DNA of 64,000 bases from Phycisphaeraceae bacterium. Lineage in GTDB: Bacteria; Planctomycetota; Phycisphaerae; Phycisphaerales; Phycisphaeraceae. The translations under genes were made by a program, and so were the position numbers. Shown in pieces: positions 45,996 to 56,330 of this stretch (position 1 is its first letter; every line of letters begins with the position of its first letter). Location of the stretch: assembly GCA_040878035.1 (NCBI GenBank), contig JBBDMX010000099.1, forward strand, positions 1,367-65,366, in the 5' to 3' direction. The notes beneath the pieces are model-generated. The model had not been told where the DNA came from, did not search any database, and saw only the letters and a program-made list of their open reading frames with translations.

Positions 45996-47108
45996 TCAGT
46001 GAGCCTGATTCAGTTCGATCTCCAGCACTTCCAGGGCGGCGTCGACGTGGTGGGGGTCGCCGTCGGCTTGGAGCATGGCGGGGGTACTCATCGCCAGCAG
46101 GGCGCGTTTGACCGACGCCAGGCGGGGCCAGTCGGGTTCGGCGTGCAGGCCCAGGGCTTTGCGTTCGTGGGCGATCATGCTGCACAGCCGCCGGCCGCGC
46201 AATTTCTGCCGTCGCGCCCAATAGAGGTGCTCGAAATATACCGCGTCCTCGACCCAGAAGCCCGCGTGCACCTGGGCGAAATCCAGCAGCAAGGCCGGCC
46301 CGTCGGGCGCCGGAACACGGGTCATGGCGTTGCCCAGATGCAGGTCGCCGTGGCACCATTGGTCGCGCGGGCGGTCGTTCCAGATCTTCATCCAGTCGCG
46401 CAGCTTCTTGTGCGCGGTCTTCAGCGCGTTCTTCCAGCGCTGCTCGTTGCGGACATCGTGGTCCCGGGTGATGTTGCGACGGGCGGTGTCGAGAATGGCC
46501 TTCCAGTCCCTTTCCGGGTGTGGGGCTTGACCGGTGATGGGCACCTCGGCGGCGGCGGCATGGAAGCGGGCGGCGGCCTGCGTCAGCAGGTCGAATTCGG
46601 CGCCGTTCCACGCGCTGCCCAGCGGGCCATGCGGCAGGCGCTCCATCACCACCCACGCCAGGTCATAGCCGTTAAGCGTTTCACCCTGGGCATAGACGCG
46701 CGGCACGATGTCGCTGTATCGCGTCAGATGGAGCAGCCAGAAGCGTTCGATAGGCGGCACGGGGAGCTTGACGACGACGGGCTGGTCGATGCCGTGGTCA
46801 TCGCGGAAGGTGGCGTAACCCGTGGCGGCGCCGCCGCGCTGCCAGGTGGTGCGGAACCAGGTGATGGCGGAAAGCCGGCCGTCGCAGGCGCCGGCGAGCA
46901 CGGGCTCCAGCGCGGCCCCAAAGGGCGACTCCTGGCCGGGCAGGTTGTGCAGGGAACCACTGCCGGCCGAAGGCAGCGTGGGGGGAATAGATTGCGATAA
47001 CGGAGGCAGGGCCGGCATTAAGCCGGAAAATCTGGCCGGGTCGCCTGAACCTCCGAACAGGCGCCGGCCCAACTGTGGCTCGGATGTGGGCGATTGCTCC
47101 ATCCGCAC
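45996..47108 (-). CDS. Phosphotransferase (APH/choline-kinase-like) family protein
   Basis: CHGDLHLGN catalytic motif and the downstream DFAQVHAGFWVEDAVYF. The N-terminal ~60 aa is low complexity; the real start may be the internal Met at ~47018. Confidence 0.6.
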   Translation of the reverse strand: MRMEQSPTSEPQLGRRLFGGSGDPARFSGLMPALPPLSQSIPPTLPSAGSGSLHNLPGQESPFGAALEPVLAGACDGRLSAITWFRTTWQRGGAATGYATFRDDHGIDQPVVVKLPVPPIERFWLLHLTRYSDIVPRVYAQGETLNGYDLAWVVMERLPHGPLGSAWNGAEFDLLTQAAARFHAAAAEVPITGQAPHPERDWKAILDTARRNITRDHDVRNEQRWKNALKTAHKKLRDWMKIWNDRPRDQWCHGDLHLGNAMTRVPAPDGPALLLDFAQVHAGFWVEDAVYFEHLYWARRQKLRGRRLCSMIAHERKALGLHAEPDWPRLASVKRALLAMSTPAMLQADGDPHHVDAALEVLEIELNQAH

Positions 47109-47303
47109 TATGCCTCTGGGCCAAGAGTCATATTATCCTGTCCACCCTAGCCATTACGCTCGTGGAATTCAATAGGTTCATCGACAGAATCGGCGCAAGA
47201 TTGTGATAACATCCTTCGGAATACCTGACGCTTCGCCCAAAGCGGCTCAGCGTCGGCGTGCTGGGATGCTCCTAAATCAGAAATTAGAGATTAGAAATCA
47301 AAC

Positions 47304-48458
47304 ATGCGTGACCCTCGAATCGACAAACTGGCCCGCGTGATCGTCGAATATTCCACCGGCGTCAAGAAAGGCCAGCTCGTGCGCATCAGCGGCGATCCCG
47401 TGGGCATGCCGCTGCTGGAGGCAGTATATGAGCACGCCCTGCGGGCCGGGGCGCACCCGTTTCTCAAGCTCACGCCCAACAGTGCTGCTGACCTGTTCAT
47501 GGAGCTGGCCAATGAGGAGCAGCTCAAGTACGTCAGCCCGCTGGCGCAACAGGAGATCGAGAAGATCGACGTGTCGATCGGCTTGTGGGCCGAAACCAAC
47601 ACCAAGGCAATGTCGCGGATCGACCCGGCGCGGCAGGGCATGGCGTCGGCGGCGCGCAAGCCGATCTTCAAAGTGTTCATGGACCGCGCCGCCAAGGGCG
47701 AACTCAAGTGGTGCGGCACGCTGTACCCGACACTCGCCAGCGCCCAGGATGCGGAGATGAGCCTGCGGCAGTACGAGGATTTTGTCTTTGCCGCCGGCCA
47801 CCTGGACAAGGACGATCCGGTCGCCGAGTGGCAGAAGATCGCCGCCAGTCAGCAGAAGGTGGTGGATCATCTCAAGGGCAAGAAGGTGGTGCATTTTGCC
47901 TCCGGCGCCGGCACCGACCTGACGGTGAACGTGGAGGGCATGACTTGGATTAACTGCTGCGGACACGAAAATTTCCCCGATGGCGAGGTGTTCACCGGGC
48001 CGAACTTGAAGGCGGCCGATGGTGGGGTCAACGGCGTGGTGCGCTACTCCTTCCCGGCGGTGCACCACGGCCACGAGGTGCACGACATCGAACTGACCTT
48101 CGAGAAGGGCAAGGTGGTCAAGGCCACGGCGGAGAAGGGTCAGGATTTCCTGGAGAAAATGCTCGATCAGGACGAAGGCTCCCGCCGTCTGGGCGAAATC
48201 GCCATCGGCACCAACTACCAGATACAGCAATACAGCAAGAATACGCTGTTTGATGAGAAAATCGGCGGAACCTTCCACGCGGCGGTCGGGGCGGGCTATC
48301 CCGAAACGGGCAACAGCAACGAATCAGGTCTGCACTGGGATATGGTGTGCGATCTGCGCGGCACGGCCAAGGGCGGCGGCGGGACGATCACCGTTGATGG
48401 GGAAGTGATTTCGCGGGATGGAAAATTTGTGTTTGAGGGATGGCCCGGGGGGACGTGA
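47304..48458 (+). CDS. Aminopeptidase, M29 (AmpS/aminopeptidase T) family
   Basis: MRDPRIDKLARVIVEYSTGVKKGQLVRISG N-terminus and the C-terminal metal-ligand region HWDMVCD. Confidence 0.85.
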   Translation: MRDPRIDKLARVIVEYSTGVKKGQLVRISGDPVGMPLLEAVYEHALRAGAHPFLKLTPNSAADLFMELANEEQLKYVSPLAQQEIEKIDVSIGLWAETNTKAMSRIDPARQGMASAARKPIFKVFMDRAAKGELKWCGTLYPTLASAQDAEMSLRQYEDFVFAAGHLDKDDPVAEWQKIAASQQKVVDHLKGKKVVHFASGAGTDLTVNVEGMTWINCCGHENFPDGEVFTGPNLKAADGGVNGVVRYSFPAVHHGHEVHDIELTFEKGKVVKATAEKGQDFLEKMLDQDEGSRRLGEIAIGTNYQIQQYSKNTLFDEKIGGTFHAAVGAGYPETGNSNESGLHWDMVCDLRGTAKGGGGTITVDGEVISRDGKFVFEGWPGGT

Positions 48459-48533
48459 TTTCTGATTTCGGATTTCGGATTTCGGATTTTTCAAGCCCGG
48501 CCATGCGAGTCTTCGAGCTTGGCCGGGATCCCG
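48459..48533. repeat. REP-A heptamer array immediately followed by one REP-B unit (AAGCCCGGCCATGCGAGTCTTCGAGCTTGGCCGGGAT)
   Basis: Read directly after the aminopeptidase stop. Confidence 0.8.
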
Positions 48534-48625
48534 CCCGCACCGTTGGTGCCTGGGCTAACCACAAAAAAGCCGGGCGCGATCTGGCGACCAGGCCCGGCCG
48601 GAGGAGTTGGAACTGTCAGCGTACG

Positions 48626-48793
48626 CTATTGCTGTTTTCGGCCGCGGTCCTGCTGGCCCGGCTGACCCTGCTGACGCGCCTGGCCCTGCTGCTTCTGGCC
48701 CTCACGCTGCTTCTGTTGCTGCTGCTGCTGCTCCTTCTGTTGCTGCTCCTTGCGCTGCTGCTGATTGGGCTGCTGACGTTCCTGTTCGGGCAT
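48626..48793 (-). CDS. Possible small Q/K/R-rich protein (55 aa) encoded by a CAG/CAA microsatellite
   Basis: MPEQERQQPNQQQRKEQQQKEQQQQQQKQREGQKQQ... with AAGGAG 8 nt upstream of the ATG. It could equally be a non-coding repeat. Confidence 0.3.
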   Translation of the reverse strand: MPEQERQQPNQQQRKEQQQKEQQQQQQKQREGQKQQGQARQQGQPGQQDRGRKQQ

Positions 48794-49164
48794 GACGAGA
48801 CTCCTTGATCGGGCGGCCCCGATTTGCGGGGGCCAAGCATCGTTCGGGCGATCGTCCACGCGACGAATCGGTCCCGAGCAAAGCAGTCGCCGCCCAGTCA
48901 GGGCGGCGACTGCGTACATCTTTCATCCCGCTGCCGCTCCCAAAAGGCAGTCACGGCCGGTCAAGGCCGTGACTGCACGCCCCCCTACGCGGGGTCTCAA
49001 CACCCCTGCCTACCCGCTCCCCATCCCGCGTCGCGGCAGCTCCTACGGCACAGATGAAGCCACCCTGATCGCACTTTCCCAGCTTAGCCCCCCGCCGCGC
49101 GACTGCCATAGGCAAATCTCCTACTCCTACCCTAAGCACTTTGCTGAACCTCACGGAAGGATGA

Positions 49165-49307
49165 CCACCAAGACACCAAGACACGAATAAGAGAGGAATG
49201 AAGAACGAGGAACGAAGAACAGCGCCGTTGCGGCGCTTCCTACCCTTCTCCCTGGTTCCTCGTTCTTCTTCCCTCGTTCCTCGTTCTTCACTTCGTGTCT
49301 TCGTGTT
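49165..49307. terminator. Composite hairpin of (AAGACAC/GAACGAAGAAC) units downstream of the TrmH-family gene
   Basis: gaagaacgaggaacgaagaacag pairs with ctggttcctcgttcttcttccctcgttcctcgttcttc, and caagacaccaagacacgaa pairs with cttcgtgtcttcgtgttc. Confidence 0.55.
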
Positions 49308-50156
49308 CTACCCCGGCCGCGTGCAGAAATGGAACAGCATCACTGCGGTGGCGACGGCGATGTTGAGCGAGTCGGTGCCCAGGTGCATGGGGATGGTGAC
49401 GCGGCGCTGGCACATGGCGATGTGATCGGCGGACAGGCCTTGCGACTCGCTGCCGACGAGGATGGCCAGGCGATCGGGCGCCCCCGGAAGCGACGGGCGA
49501 CGCGCCTGTGAGAGCGGCTGGGCATCGGCGTCGGTCACCGTGGCGATCAACTCCACTTGCCAGTCGTCGCGCAGGCGCTGGAGGTCGGCGGCGATGTCGC
49601 TGCTGCGGATGACCGGCAGGGTGAAGATCGCGCCCATGGACACGCGGACGGAACGACGCCAGTAGGGATCGCAGGAGCGTTCACCCAGGAGCATGGCATC
49701 GACGCCGAAGGCCGCGGCGATGCGGATCAGAGCGCCCAGGTTGTCGTGGTTGATCACTTGGGGGCAAACCAGCAGCGTGACGCCGGCGTGCTGACCCGGT
49801 CTGGTGGCACTCTCCATCACCGATCCAATCGTCGGCCTGTCGGGACGCACGCCGGCGGCCATGAGGCCCGAGTGAAACTTGAAGCCCATGATGCCGGTCA
49901 TGAGGGCGTCGCTCACGACGTAGATGGGCACCTGATCCGGTGTGATCGGCACGACGCGATCGAGAACGCGCTGGGCGACCAGGAGCGAGTGCGTCCGTAG
50001 GCCGCTGGCCAGCAGTCGCCTCACCAGGTGCTCCCCCTCGGCCAGGAACAGGCCGCCCTGTGCCGCCAGTTCGCGGTCCTTGAGGTTGCGGTAGGGCGCG
50101 ACACGAGGATCCTCCAGGGCATGAATGGGAATCACCGGCATGGCGGCCGACAGCAT
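49308..50156 (-). CDS. SpoU/TrmH-family RNA 2'-O-methyltransferase
   Basis: The C-terminal LAILVGSESQGLSADHIAMCQRRVTIPMHLGTDSLNIAVATAVMLF SPOUT knot motifs. Confidence 0.8.
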   Translation of the reverse strand: MLSAAMPVIPIHALEDPRVAPYRNLKDRELAAQGGLFLAEGEHLVRRLLASGLRTHSLLVAQRVLDRVVPITPDQVPIYVVSDALMTGIMGFKFHSGLMAAGVRPDRPTIGSVMESATRPGQHAGVTLLVCPQVINHDNLGALIRIAAAFGVDAMLLGERSCDPYWRRSVRVSMGAIFTLPVIRSSDIAADLQRLRDDWQVELIATVTDADAQPLSQARRPSLPGAPDRLAILVGSESQGLSADHIAMCQRRVTIPMHLGTDSLNIAVATAVMLFHFCTRPG

Positions 50157-50356
50157 AGGTCAGTCCGCGCCGCTCCGCCGGGCTTTGCCGGGACGGACCG
50201 CGAAAACCTTGGCAAAATAAGGCCGGGAAGCTTGCCTGCATGAGCTTGGGCGGGTAACCTTGTCGATACAGCTATCGGACCCGAGGGTTCGTCCTTGGGT
50301 TCGCAGCCGGCGCCGCCGCGTGGGCGGGCCTTATGTTTTTGTTCGGAGGTATCACC

Positions 50357-51001
50357 ATTAGTCGAGGCCGTTTTCAACCGTCGAAGCCTGTCGGCAAGCA
50401 GCTCCGCATCAATGATCAGGTTCGCATTTCCCCCGTCCGCTTGATTGACGAAAATGACGCCCAGGTCGGCGTTGTGGATCTCCTGGAGGCCAAGCGCCGC
50501 GCCCGCGAGGCCGGCTTGGACCTGGTCGAGGTCGCGCCGCAGAGTCAGCCGCCCGTTTGCCGAGTCATGGACTACGGCAAGTGGAAGTACCAGCAGAAGA
50601 AGAAAGAACAGAAGGCCCGCACGCACTCCAAGCAGAGCGAGCTTAAGGAAGTGCGCCTCCGTCCCAAGATCGACGACCACGATCTCCAGATCAAAATGGA
50701 ACGAGCCCGCGAGTTCCTGGGCGACGGCGACAAGGTGCAGTTCACTATGCTCTTCCGCGGGCGTGAGATGGTGCACCGCGACATCGGCTTGAACGCCATG
50801 CGCGCCATTCGCGATGATCTGGCGCCGTTGTCGAAAATCGAGGCCGAGCCGCGCATGATGGGTCGGCGCATGACCATGGTGCTGGCGCCGGACCGCAAGC
50901 AGCAGAAGAGCGAGCCCAAGCCGGCCGCCGCAGCGTCAAGCCAGCCCGCCGCCCCGCGCGCCGAAAAGCCGCAGCCGCAACCCCAGCCCGCCGCTCCCTG
51001 A
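50357..51001 (+). CDS. infC: Translation initiation factor IF-3, probable AUU start
   Basis: INDQVRISPVRLIDENDAQVGVV and the C-terminal domain. GGAGG sits 7 nt upstream of ATT 50357. The track ORF begins at an upstream in-frame ATG (50333) with no SD. Confidence 0.8.
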   Translation: MSRGRFQPSKPVGKQLRINDQVRISPVRLIDENDAQVGVVDLLEAKRRAREAGLDLVEVAPQSQPPVCRVMDYGKWKYQQKKKEQKARTHSKQSELKEVRLRPKIDDHDLQIKMERAREFLGDGDKVQFTMLFRGREMVHRDIGLNAMRAIRDDLAPLSKIEAEPRMMGRRMTMVLAPDRKQQKSEPKPAAAASSQPAAPRAEKPQPQPQPAAP

Positions 51002-51015
51002 TCCCCGCTTGCGGC

Positions 51016-51660
51016 TTAGCCTCCGACACGCTGGATCAACCACCGAGCAAACTCGACCTTGCTCATCGCTCCTCCTGGTGATCCGACGGGAACCTCCCGC
51101 CGGCCGTCGGCCCACAGCAACACCGGCCTGATCGCATCCCCCTCCATGGTTCCCAGCGGATTGGCGACGATTGCATCCACGCCCTTGCGGCGCAGCTTTG
51201 CGACCGCACGCTCCTCCAGTTGCCCAGCCTCTTCCAGGGCAAACGCGACGACCCGCTGCCCCGGCCGCTTGCGCGACGCCATCGAGGCTACCAGGTCCGG
51301 CGTCGCCTCCAGTGCCAGCATCATGCCTCGCTCCTTGTCGCTCGAAAGCTTGCCCGCCGCCGCTTGGGCCGGGCGATAGTCCGCCACCGCTGCCGCCATG
51401 ATCAGCACGTCGTGATCGGCAAAATGGGTTTCGAGCAGTTGCTGAAGCTGGGTCGCCGTCTCGAATGACCGCAGCGTCAGCCCCGTGAGCTTCGCCGCCT
51501 CGGCCTGGACTGGACATGGCCCCAGCAGCAGCATCACCTGGTGCCCCTCCGCAATTGCCGCCGACGCCAGCCACAGCCCCATCTTCCCGCTGGAGCGATT
51601 GCTGATAAACCGCACCGCATCAATCGGCTCGCGCGTGGGCCCGGCTGTGATGAGAATTTT
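51016..51660 (-). CDS. coaB: Phosphopantothenate-cysteine ligase (CoaB domain only, not fused to CoaC)
   Basis: MKILITAGPTREPIDAVRFISNRSSGKMG and the downstream DFP-domain pattern, 214 aa. Confidence 0.7.
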   Translation of the reverse strand, partial: KILITAGPTREPIDAVRFISNRSSGKMGLWLASAAIAEGHQVMLLLGPCPVQAEAAKLTGLTLRSFETATQLQQLLETHFADHDVLIMAAAVADYRPAQAAAGKLSSDKERGMMLALEATPDLVASMASRKRPGQRVVAFALEEAGQLEERAVAKLRRKGVDAIVANPLGTMEGDAIRPVLLWADGRREVPVGSPGGAMSKVEFARWLIQRVGG

Positions 51661-52011
51661 CATGGCTGCCAGCACGCGGCAGAGCCGCGGCGCTTCCTAT
51701 GGAATCCAGCATTCCCTTCTCTTATCGACAACCCGGGCCTCTTCGGCCCAGATCGCGGTTGTCAAGCTGCGGCGAAGAAAACATCTTACGGGGTCCGCTG
51801 GCAACGGGCGAGAGCTGGTTCAGCGCCGTAAGTGCGACGCCGGGTCTATCACTGGCGGTTTTCTCCAAGGCTTAGCGTACGCCAAGGGTGTCGGGCCAGT
51901 CGCTTACCACGGGGATGGAAACCGAGCGCGGAAAAAGCCCGACAGAGACTGCATTCGTCAACACCCGGTCCGCTTGTTACGCTGTTTCGCCAATCCTTAC
52001 AAGGTCACATT

Positions 52012-52677
52012 ATGTCCAACAAAAAAGCATTGATCGTCTGGGGCGGATGGGCTGGGCATACGCCCAAGCAGTCAGCTGACGTATTCGCGCCCTTCCTTGA
52101 GCAGCAGGGTTACGAAGTCCAGGTGTCCGACACTTTGGATGCCTATCTCGATGAGGCAAGCATGTCGGCCCTGGCGCTGATCGTGCCCATCTGGACCATG
52201 GGCACCATCACCAAAGAGCAATGGGACGGCCTGAACAAGGCGGTGCGCAGCGGCGTGGGCCTGGCGGGGTTCCACGGCGGCATCATCGACTCCTTCCGCA
52301 ACAACACCGAGTACCAGTTCATGACCGGCGGACAATGGGTCGCCCACCCGGGCAACTGCATCCCCGCCTACGACGTGAAGATCACCGACAAGAACCACCC
52401 GATCACCCGCGGCATCAGCGATTTTGCTCTGCGCGACACCGAACAGTATTACGTGCACGTCGACCCCGGCAATCACGTGCTGTGCAGCACGACGTTCACC
52501 GGCGAGCACGGCGACGCGAGCCTGTACAAGCCGGGCACGGTGATGCCCTTTGCCTGGACGCGCACGTGGGGGCAGGGCAAGGTGTTCGTCGCGGCGTGGG
52601 GGCATACGTTCAAGGATTTCGACGTGCCCGAGGCCAAGCAGATCGTGGAGCGCGGCATGATGTGGGCCAGCAGGTGA
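52012..52677 (+). CDS. ThuA-like class I glutamine-amidotransferase-fold protein
   Basis: MSNKKALIVWGGWAGHTP...GFHGGI is typical of the ThuA family. Confidence 0.7.
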   Translation: MSNKKALIVWGGWAGHTPKQSADVFAPFLEQQGYEVQVSDTLDAYLDEASMSALALIVPIWTMGTITKEQWDGLNKAVRSGVGLAGFHGGIIDSFRNNTEYQFMTGGQWVAHPGNCIPAYDVKITDKNHPITRGISDFALRDTEQYYVHVDPGNHVLCSTTFTGEHGDASLYKPGTVMPFAWTRTWGQGKVFVAAWGHTFKDFDVPEAKQIVERGMMWASR

Positions 52678-52732
52678 TTGCGGATTTCGGATTTGTCTCC
52701 TTGTCTCCTTGTCCCCTTGTCACTCCGATACC

Positions 52733-53629
52733 ATGACCAAGCTAAATCAAGCGAACTTACCCGAAGGCATGCGGCTGGAGCGCGTGGGCGAATTGGAGCG
52801 ACTGGCGATTGCGACGCCGGCGGTGGAGGGGCAGGTTTATCTGCACGGCGCGCATGTGGCGCACTGGCGGCCGGCGGGCCGGCAGCCGGTGTTGTGGATG
52901 AGCGGCCAGAGTTGGTTGGAGCCGGGTAAGCCCATTCGCGGCGGCGTGCCCATCTGCTTTCCGTGGTTCGGGCCCAAGGTGAACGACCTTGAGGCACCCA
53001 ACCACGGCTTTGCCCGCCTGCGGCCTTGGTCGCTCGAATCGGTGGTGCGCGACGGCCAAGGCGCGGTGACGGTCGCGATGAGCCTGTCATCCGACCGGGC
53101 GACGCGCGAGCTATGGCCACACGACTTTGCGGCACGATTCACCGTCTCATTCTCCAACACGCTGGAGATGTCGCTGGCGATCAGCAACACGTCCGGGGGC
53201 GGCAGCGGGCCGGCTATTTTCGAGGAGGCGCTGCACACCTACTTTGCGGTCGGCGATGTGCGGCAGGTCCAGGTCAGCGGTCTGGCTGGGGCGACCTACA
53301 TCGACAAGCTCGACGCCACGGCCCGCAAGACGCTGGGGCCAGCGCCGATCATCGTCGCCGGCGAGACCGACGGCCTCTACCTGAACACGACCGCGGCCTG
53401 TGTGCTGGATGACCCGAGCCTGTCGCGGCGGATTACGGTGAGCAAGGCCGGCTCGAACACGACGGTGGTGTGGAACCCGTGGATCGCCAAGTCGCAGGCG
53501 ATGCCGGATTTTGGCGATGACGAATGGCCGGGGATGATCTGCATCGAGACCGCCAACGCCGCCGACAACCGCGTCAACCTGCCGCCCGGCGCGACGCATG
53601 TGATGTCGGCGCGCATTACGGTCGCATGA
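52733..53629 (+). CDS. D-hexose-6-phosphate mutarotase (aldose 1-epimerase family, YeaD-like)
   Basis: GGVPICFPWFG and the downstream His/Glu catalytic context. Confidence 0.75.
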   Translation: MTKLNQANLPEGMRLERVGELERLAIATPAVEGQVYLHGAHVAHWRPAGRQPVLWMSGQSWLEPGKPIRGGVPICFPWFGPKVNDLEAPNHGFARLRPWSLESVVRDGQGAVTVAMSLSSDRATRELWPHDFAARFTVSFSNTLEMSLAISNTSGGGSGPAIFEEALHTYFAVGDVRQVQVSGLAGATYIDKLDATARKTLGPAPIIVAGETDGLYLNTTAACVLDDPSLSRRITVSKAGSNTTVVWNPWIAKSQAMPDFGDDEWPGMICIETANAADNRVNLPPGATHVMSARITVA

Positions 53630-53648
53630 AACCCCCGTCCATCCGCGG

Positions 53649-54305
53649 CTACTTCTTCCCGCCCCGTGCCTGCCTGACGATCTCGCTGAACTGCCGGGCC
53701 AGGCTGGTCAGGCCGGCCCAGTCTTTACTCTTGATCAGGTCTTTCTTGACCAGGGCCGAGCCGACGCCCAGGCAGGCGGCGCCGGCGGCGAGCCAGTCCT
53801 TGGCGGTCGAGAGGTCCACGCCGCCGGTGGGCGTGAGCTTGAGCTGGGGCATCGGCGCCAGCAGGTCCTTGAAATAGGTCGGGCCAAAGTGATTGGCGGG
53901 GAACACCTTGACAAAGTCGGCGCCCGCCTGCCAGGCGCCTAGGATTTCCGTGGGCGTCAGGCCGCCGGGGATCACCGGCTTGCCGTAGCGGTGCGCCATT
54001 TCGATGGTCGCCAGGTTGGTCGTCGGGCAGACCACGAACTGCGCCCCGGCCAGGATCGCCGCCCGCGCGGTTTCCGGGTCCAGCACGCTGCCCACGCCGA
54101 TCACCGCGTCCTTGCCCAGGGCCTCGCTGGCCTTGGCGATGGCGTCCAAGGCGCCCGGCGTGGTCATGGTGATCTCGGAGAAGACAACGCCCCCCTCGCG
54201 CAGGGCCTTGCACACGTCCACCAGCTGCCCGGGCGAGTCGGCACGAATCACCGCCACCAGTCCCGAGGCTTCCAACTGCGACGCAAGTTCATGTCGGCTG
54301 AGCAT
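53649..54305 (-). CDS. eda: KDPG/KHG aldolase
   Basis: The Schiff-base lysine region GADFVKVFPANHFGPTYFKDL and an Eda-length TIM barrel. Confidence 0.8.
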   Translation of the reverse strand: MLSRHELASQLEASGLVAVIRADSPGQLVDVCKALREGGVVFSEITMTTPGALDAIAKASEALGKDAVIGVGSVLDPETARAAILAGAQFVVCPTTNLATIEMAHRYGKPVIPGGLTPTEILGAWQAGADFVKVFPANHFGPTYFKDLLAPMPQLKLTPTGGVDLSTAKDWLAAGAACLGVGSALVKKDLIKSKDWAGLTSLARQFSEIVRQARGGKK

Positions 54306-54462
54306 GGGCCATAACATACCGATTTGTCCGGACAGGTGCCAATCACCTCTACCAGTTGGCTAATCCAAACGAGAACGTGAAGAAGAAAGCCTTGACAATC
54401 CCGGAAGCGTCACGTAATCTTATAAACCGGTTAATAACGGAGCGCTTACCGCCTTCGCCGCC

Positions 54463-55554
54463 ATGGCCAACCCCAAAGCCACAACCTTGATGGAAATCTC
54501 CCGCCTGGCGGGCTGTTCCAAGGCCGCGGCGTCGTCCGTGCTCAACGGCTCCAGAGGCAACATCGGCGTCAGCAAAGAGTTACGCAAGAAGGTGATGTCC
54601 GTTGCCCAGCGACTAAACTACCGACCTAACTTCGCCAGCCGGTCCCTGGCACTGCGGCGAACCCAGACTTTGGGCGTCTACGTGCCCCCGCATCCCTGGG
54701 GCGGCATCGGCAACCCGCAATACGCCGGCGCCATGCTCCGCGGCATCGAAAGCGCCTGTCTCCAGCGCCACTACAACCTGCTGATCATCAATGTCGCCGG
54801 CATCGCCGCGCCCGAACGCTGCGTCGAATCGCTCATCGAACAGCGCGTCGATGGCCTGCTGATTCTGTGGGCCGATGGCGACGAGCCTTGGATCGACGAC
54901 CTGCTCCAGCGTGGCAGCACGCTGGCGGCGGTGGACTGCCTGCGGCCGGACTCCCGCCTCGATGCCGTCATGTTCGACAACGCCGCCGCCATCCGCATGG
55001 CGCTGGATCACCTGATCGGCCTGGGCCATCGTCGCATCGGCTACCTGGGCACCTGTACCACGCAGACGATCCCGCACAACGAAGCCCGCCGGCAAGCATA
55101 CATGGAGGCCATGGCCGGCCATGGCCTCGCGGTCGATCCGCACTGGGTCTTTGACGCCAGCCGCATTGACCATGTGGTGGAGCGCGGCGGGTTGCACTGC
55201 GACGAGGCGGGACTGCTGGGCGCCGCCTACTTTGCCGCCATGGGCCAGGACCGGCCGACGGCGCTGGTGGCGTTCAACGACATGGTCGCCGCCAGCGCGT
55301 TGCGGCAGTTTGCCGACGCGGGGCGCAGCGTGCCGGGGGATATGAGCCTGATCAACGTCGAAGACACGCCGCTGTGCCGGTACCTGCATCCGCGGCTGAC
55401 CTCGGTGCGTCACCCGCTGGAAGAGATGGGCGCCCTGGCGGCGCATCGGCTCATCGAGCGGGCGACGGGCCAATCCGCCGGCCCCCAGGCCTTGCGATCG
55501 TATTGCCCGCCGGAACTGCGCGTGCGCGAGAGCACCGCGGCCCCGGCCTGTTGA
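54463..55554 (+). CDS. LacI-family transcriptional regulator
   Basis: [25 protein letters not shown] plus a periplasmic-binding-fold sugar domain. Confidence 0.85.
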   Translation: MANPKATTLMEISRLAGCSKAAASSVLNGSRGNIGVSKELRKKVMSVAQRLNYRPNFASRSLALRRTQTLGVYVPPHPWGGIGNPQYAGAMLRGIESACLQRHYNLLIINVAGIAAPERCVESLIEQRVDGLLILWADGDEPWIDDLLQRGSTLAAVDCLRPDSRLDAVMFDNAAAIRMALDHLIGLGHRRIGYLGTCTTQTIPHNEARRQAYMEAMAGHGLAVDPHWVFDASRIDHVVERGGLHCDEAGLLGAAYFAAMGQDRPTALVAFNDMVAASALRQFADAGRSVPGDMSLINVEDTPLCRYLHPRLTSVRHPLEEMGALAAHRLIERATGQSAGPQALRSYCPPELRVRESTAAPAC

Positions 55555-55574
55555 TTCCCGCTATGGAGTTGGCC

Positions 55575-56330
55575 ATGAAGCGTCGCGCTGCTTTTACCTT
55601 GATCGAGCTATTGGTGGTCATCTCGATCATCGCGCTGCTGATCGCGATGCTGCTGCCGGCGCTGGGCAGCGCGCGTGATGCGGCGCGGGCGGTGCAGTGC
55701 GCCAACATGCTCAAGCAGATCGGCGTGGCCAGCGCCAACTACGGAGTCAGCCACAAGGGCGGGCGGCTGCCCCATTGGGCGCGCGAGCCTAACGGCCTGC
55801 AAGTCACTGCCTCCGCGCCGCACCATGTGCCCTGGTACAACAACACCGACTTCCGCATCGACATGCAACTCCCCATGACTGTCACCGGCAGCAAGTGGAT
55901 AAGCATGCCCCGCAACCAGATCTGCCCGAAGGCGGAATGGAGTCTGGCCAATCCCAGCGGCGCAGGCAACTACGACATGCGCTATAGCTTTGGTCAGAAT
56001 GTCCAAGTCACCAATGGTGCCGCAGGTTTGTTGCCCGAATGGGACGCCGATCCCGCCATGGGCGCCGCGGGCTTCCATGAGAAGGACGTACAGGCCCCGG
56101 CCCGCAAGCTCGAGTTCGCCGACGGATATCGCCAAACCCTCACCAAGCAGCATTCGGGTGGGTACCAGGGCGAGATCGCGCCGGTCGCCGCCAACAAAAA
56201 TTCGGTGGCCACGCGGCACGACGACTCTGCCAACGTGCTGTTCTTCGATGGCCATGCGACCCGCATGCCACGCAACGATGTCGTCGGGGTGGTCGGGGTA
56301 GCCAACCAACTGTGGGATGTGACGCAATGA
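55575..56330 (+). CDS. DUF1559 / prepilin-type N-terminal methylation-domain protein (planctomycete pseudopilin-like)
   Basis: [27 protein letters not shown] class III signal with a C-terminal FFDGHA H-X9-DG box. Confidence 0.8.
   Translation: MKRRAAFTLIELLVVISIIALLIAMLLPALGSARDAARAVQCANMLKQIGVASANYGVSHKGGRLPHWAREPNGLQVTASAPHHVPWYNNTDFRIDMQLPMTVTGSKWISMPRNQICPKAEWSLANPSGAGNYDMRYSFGQNVQVTNGAAGLLPEWDADPAMGAAGFHEKDVQAPARKLEFADGYRQTLTKQHSGGYQGEIAPVAANKNSVATRHDDSANVLFFDGHATRMPRNDVVGVVGVANQLWDVTQ

Noticed and set aside
45999-48278. 333-aa and 326-aa ORFs (45999..47000 +, 47298..48278 -)
   Set aside because: Antisense to the APH-like kinase and M29 aminopeptidase genes respectively.
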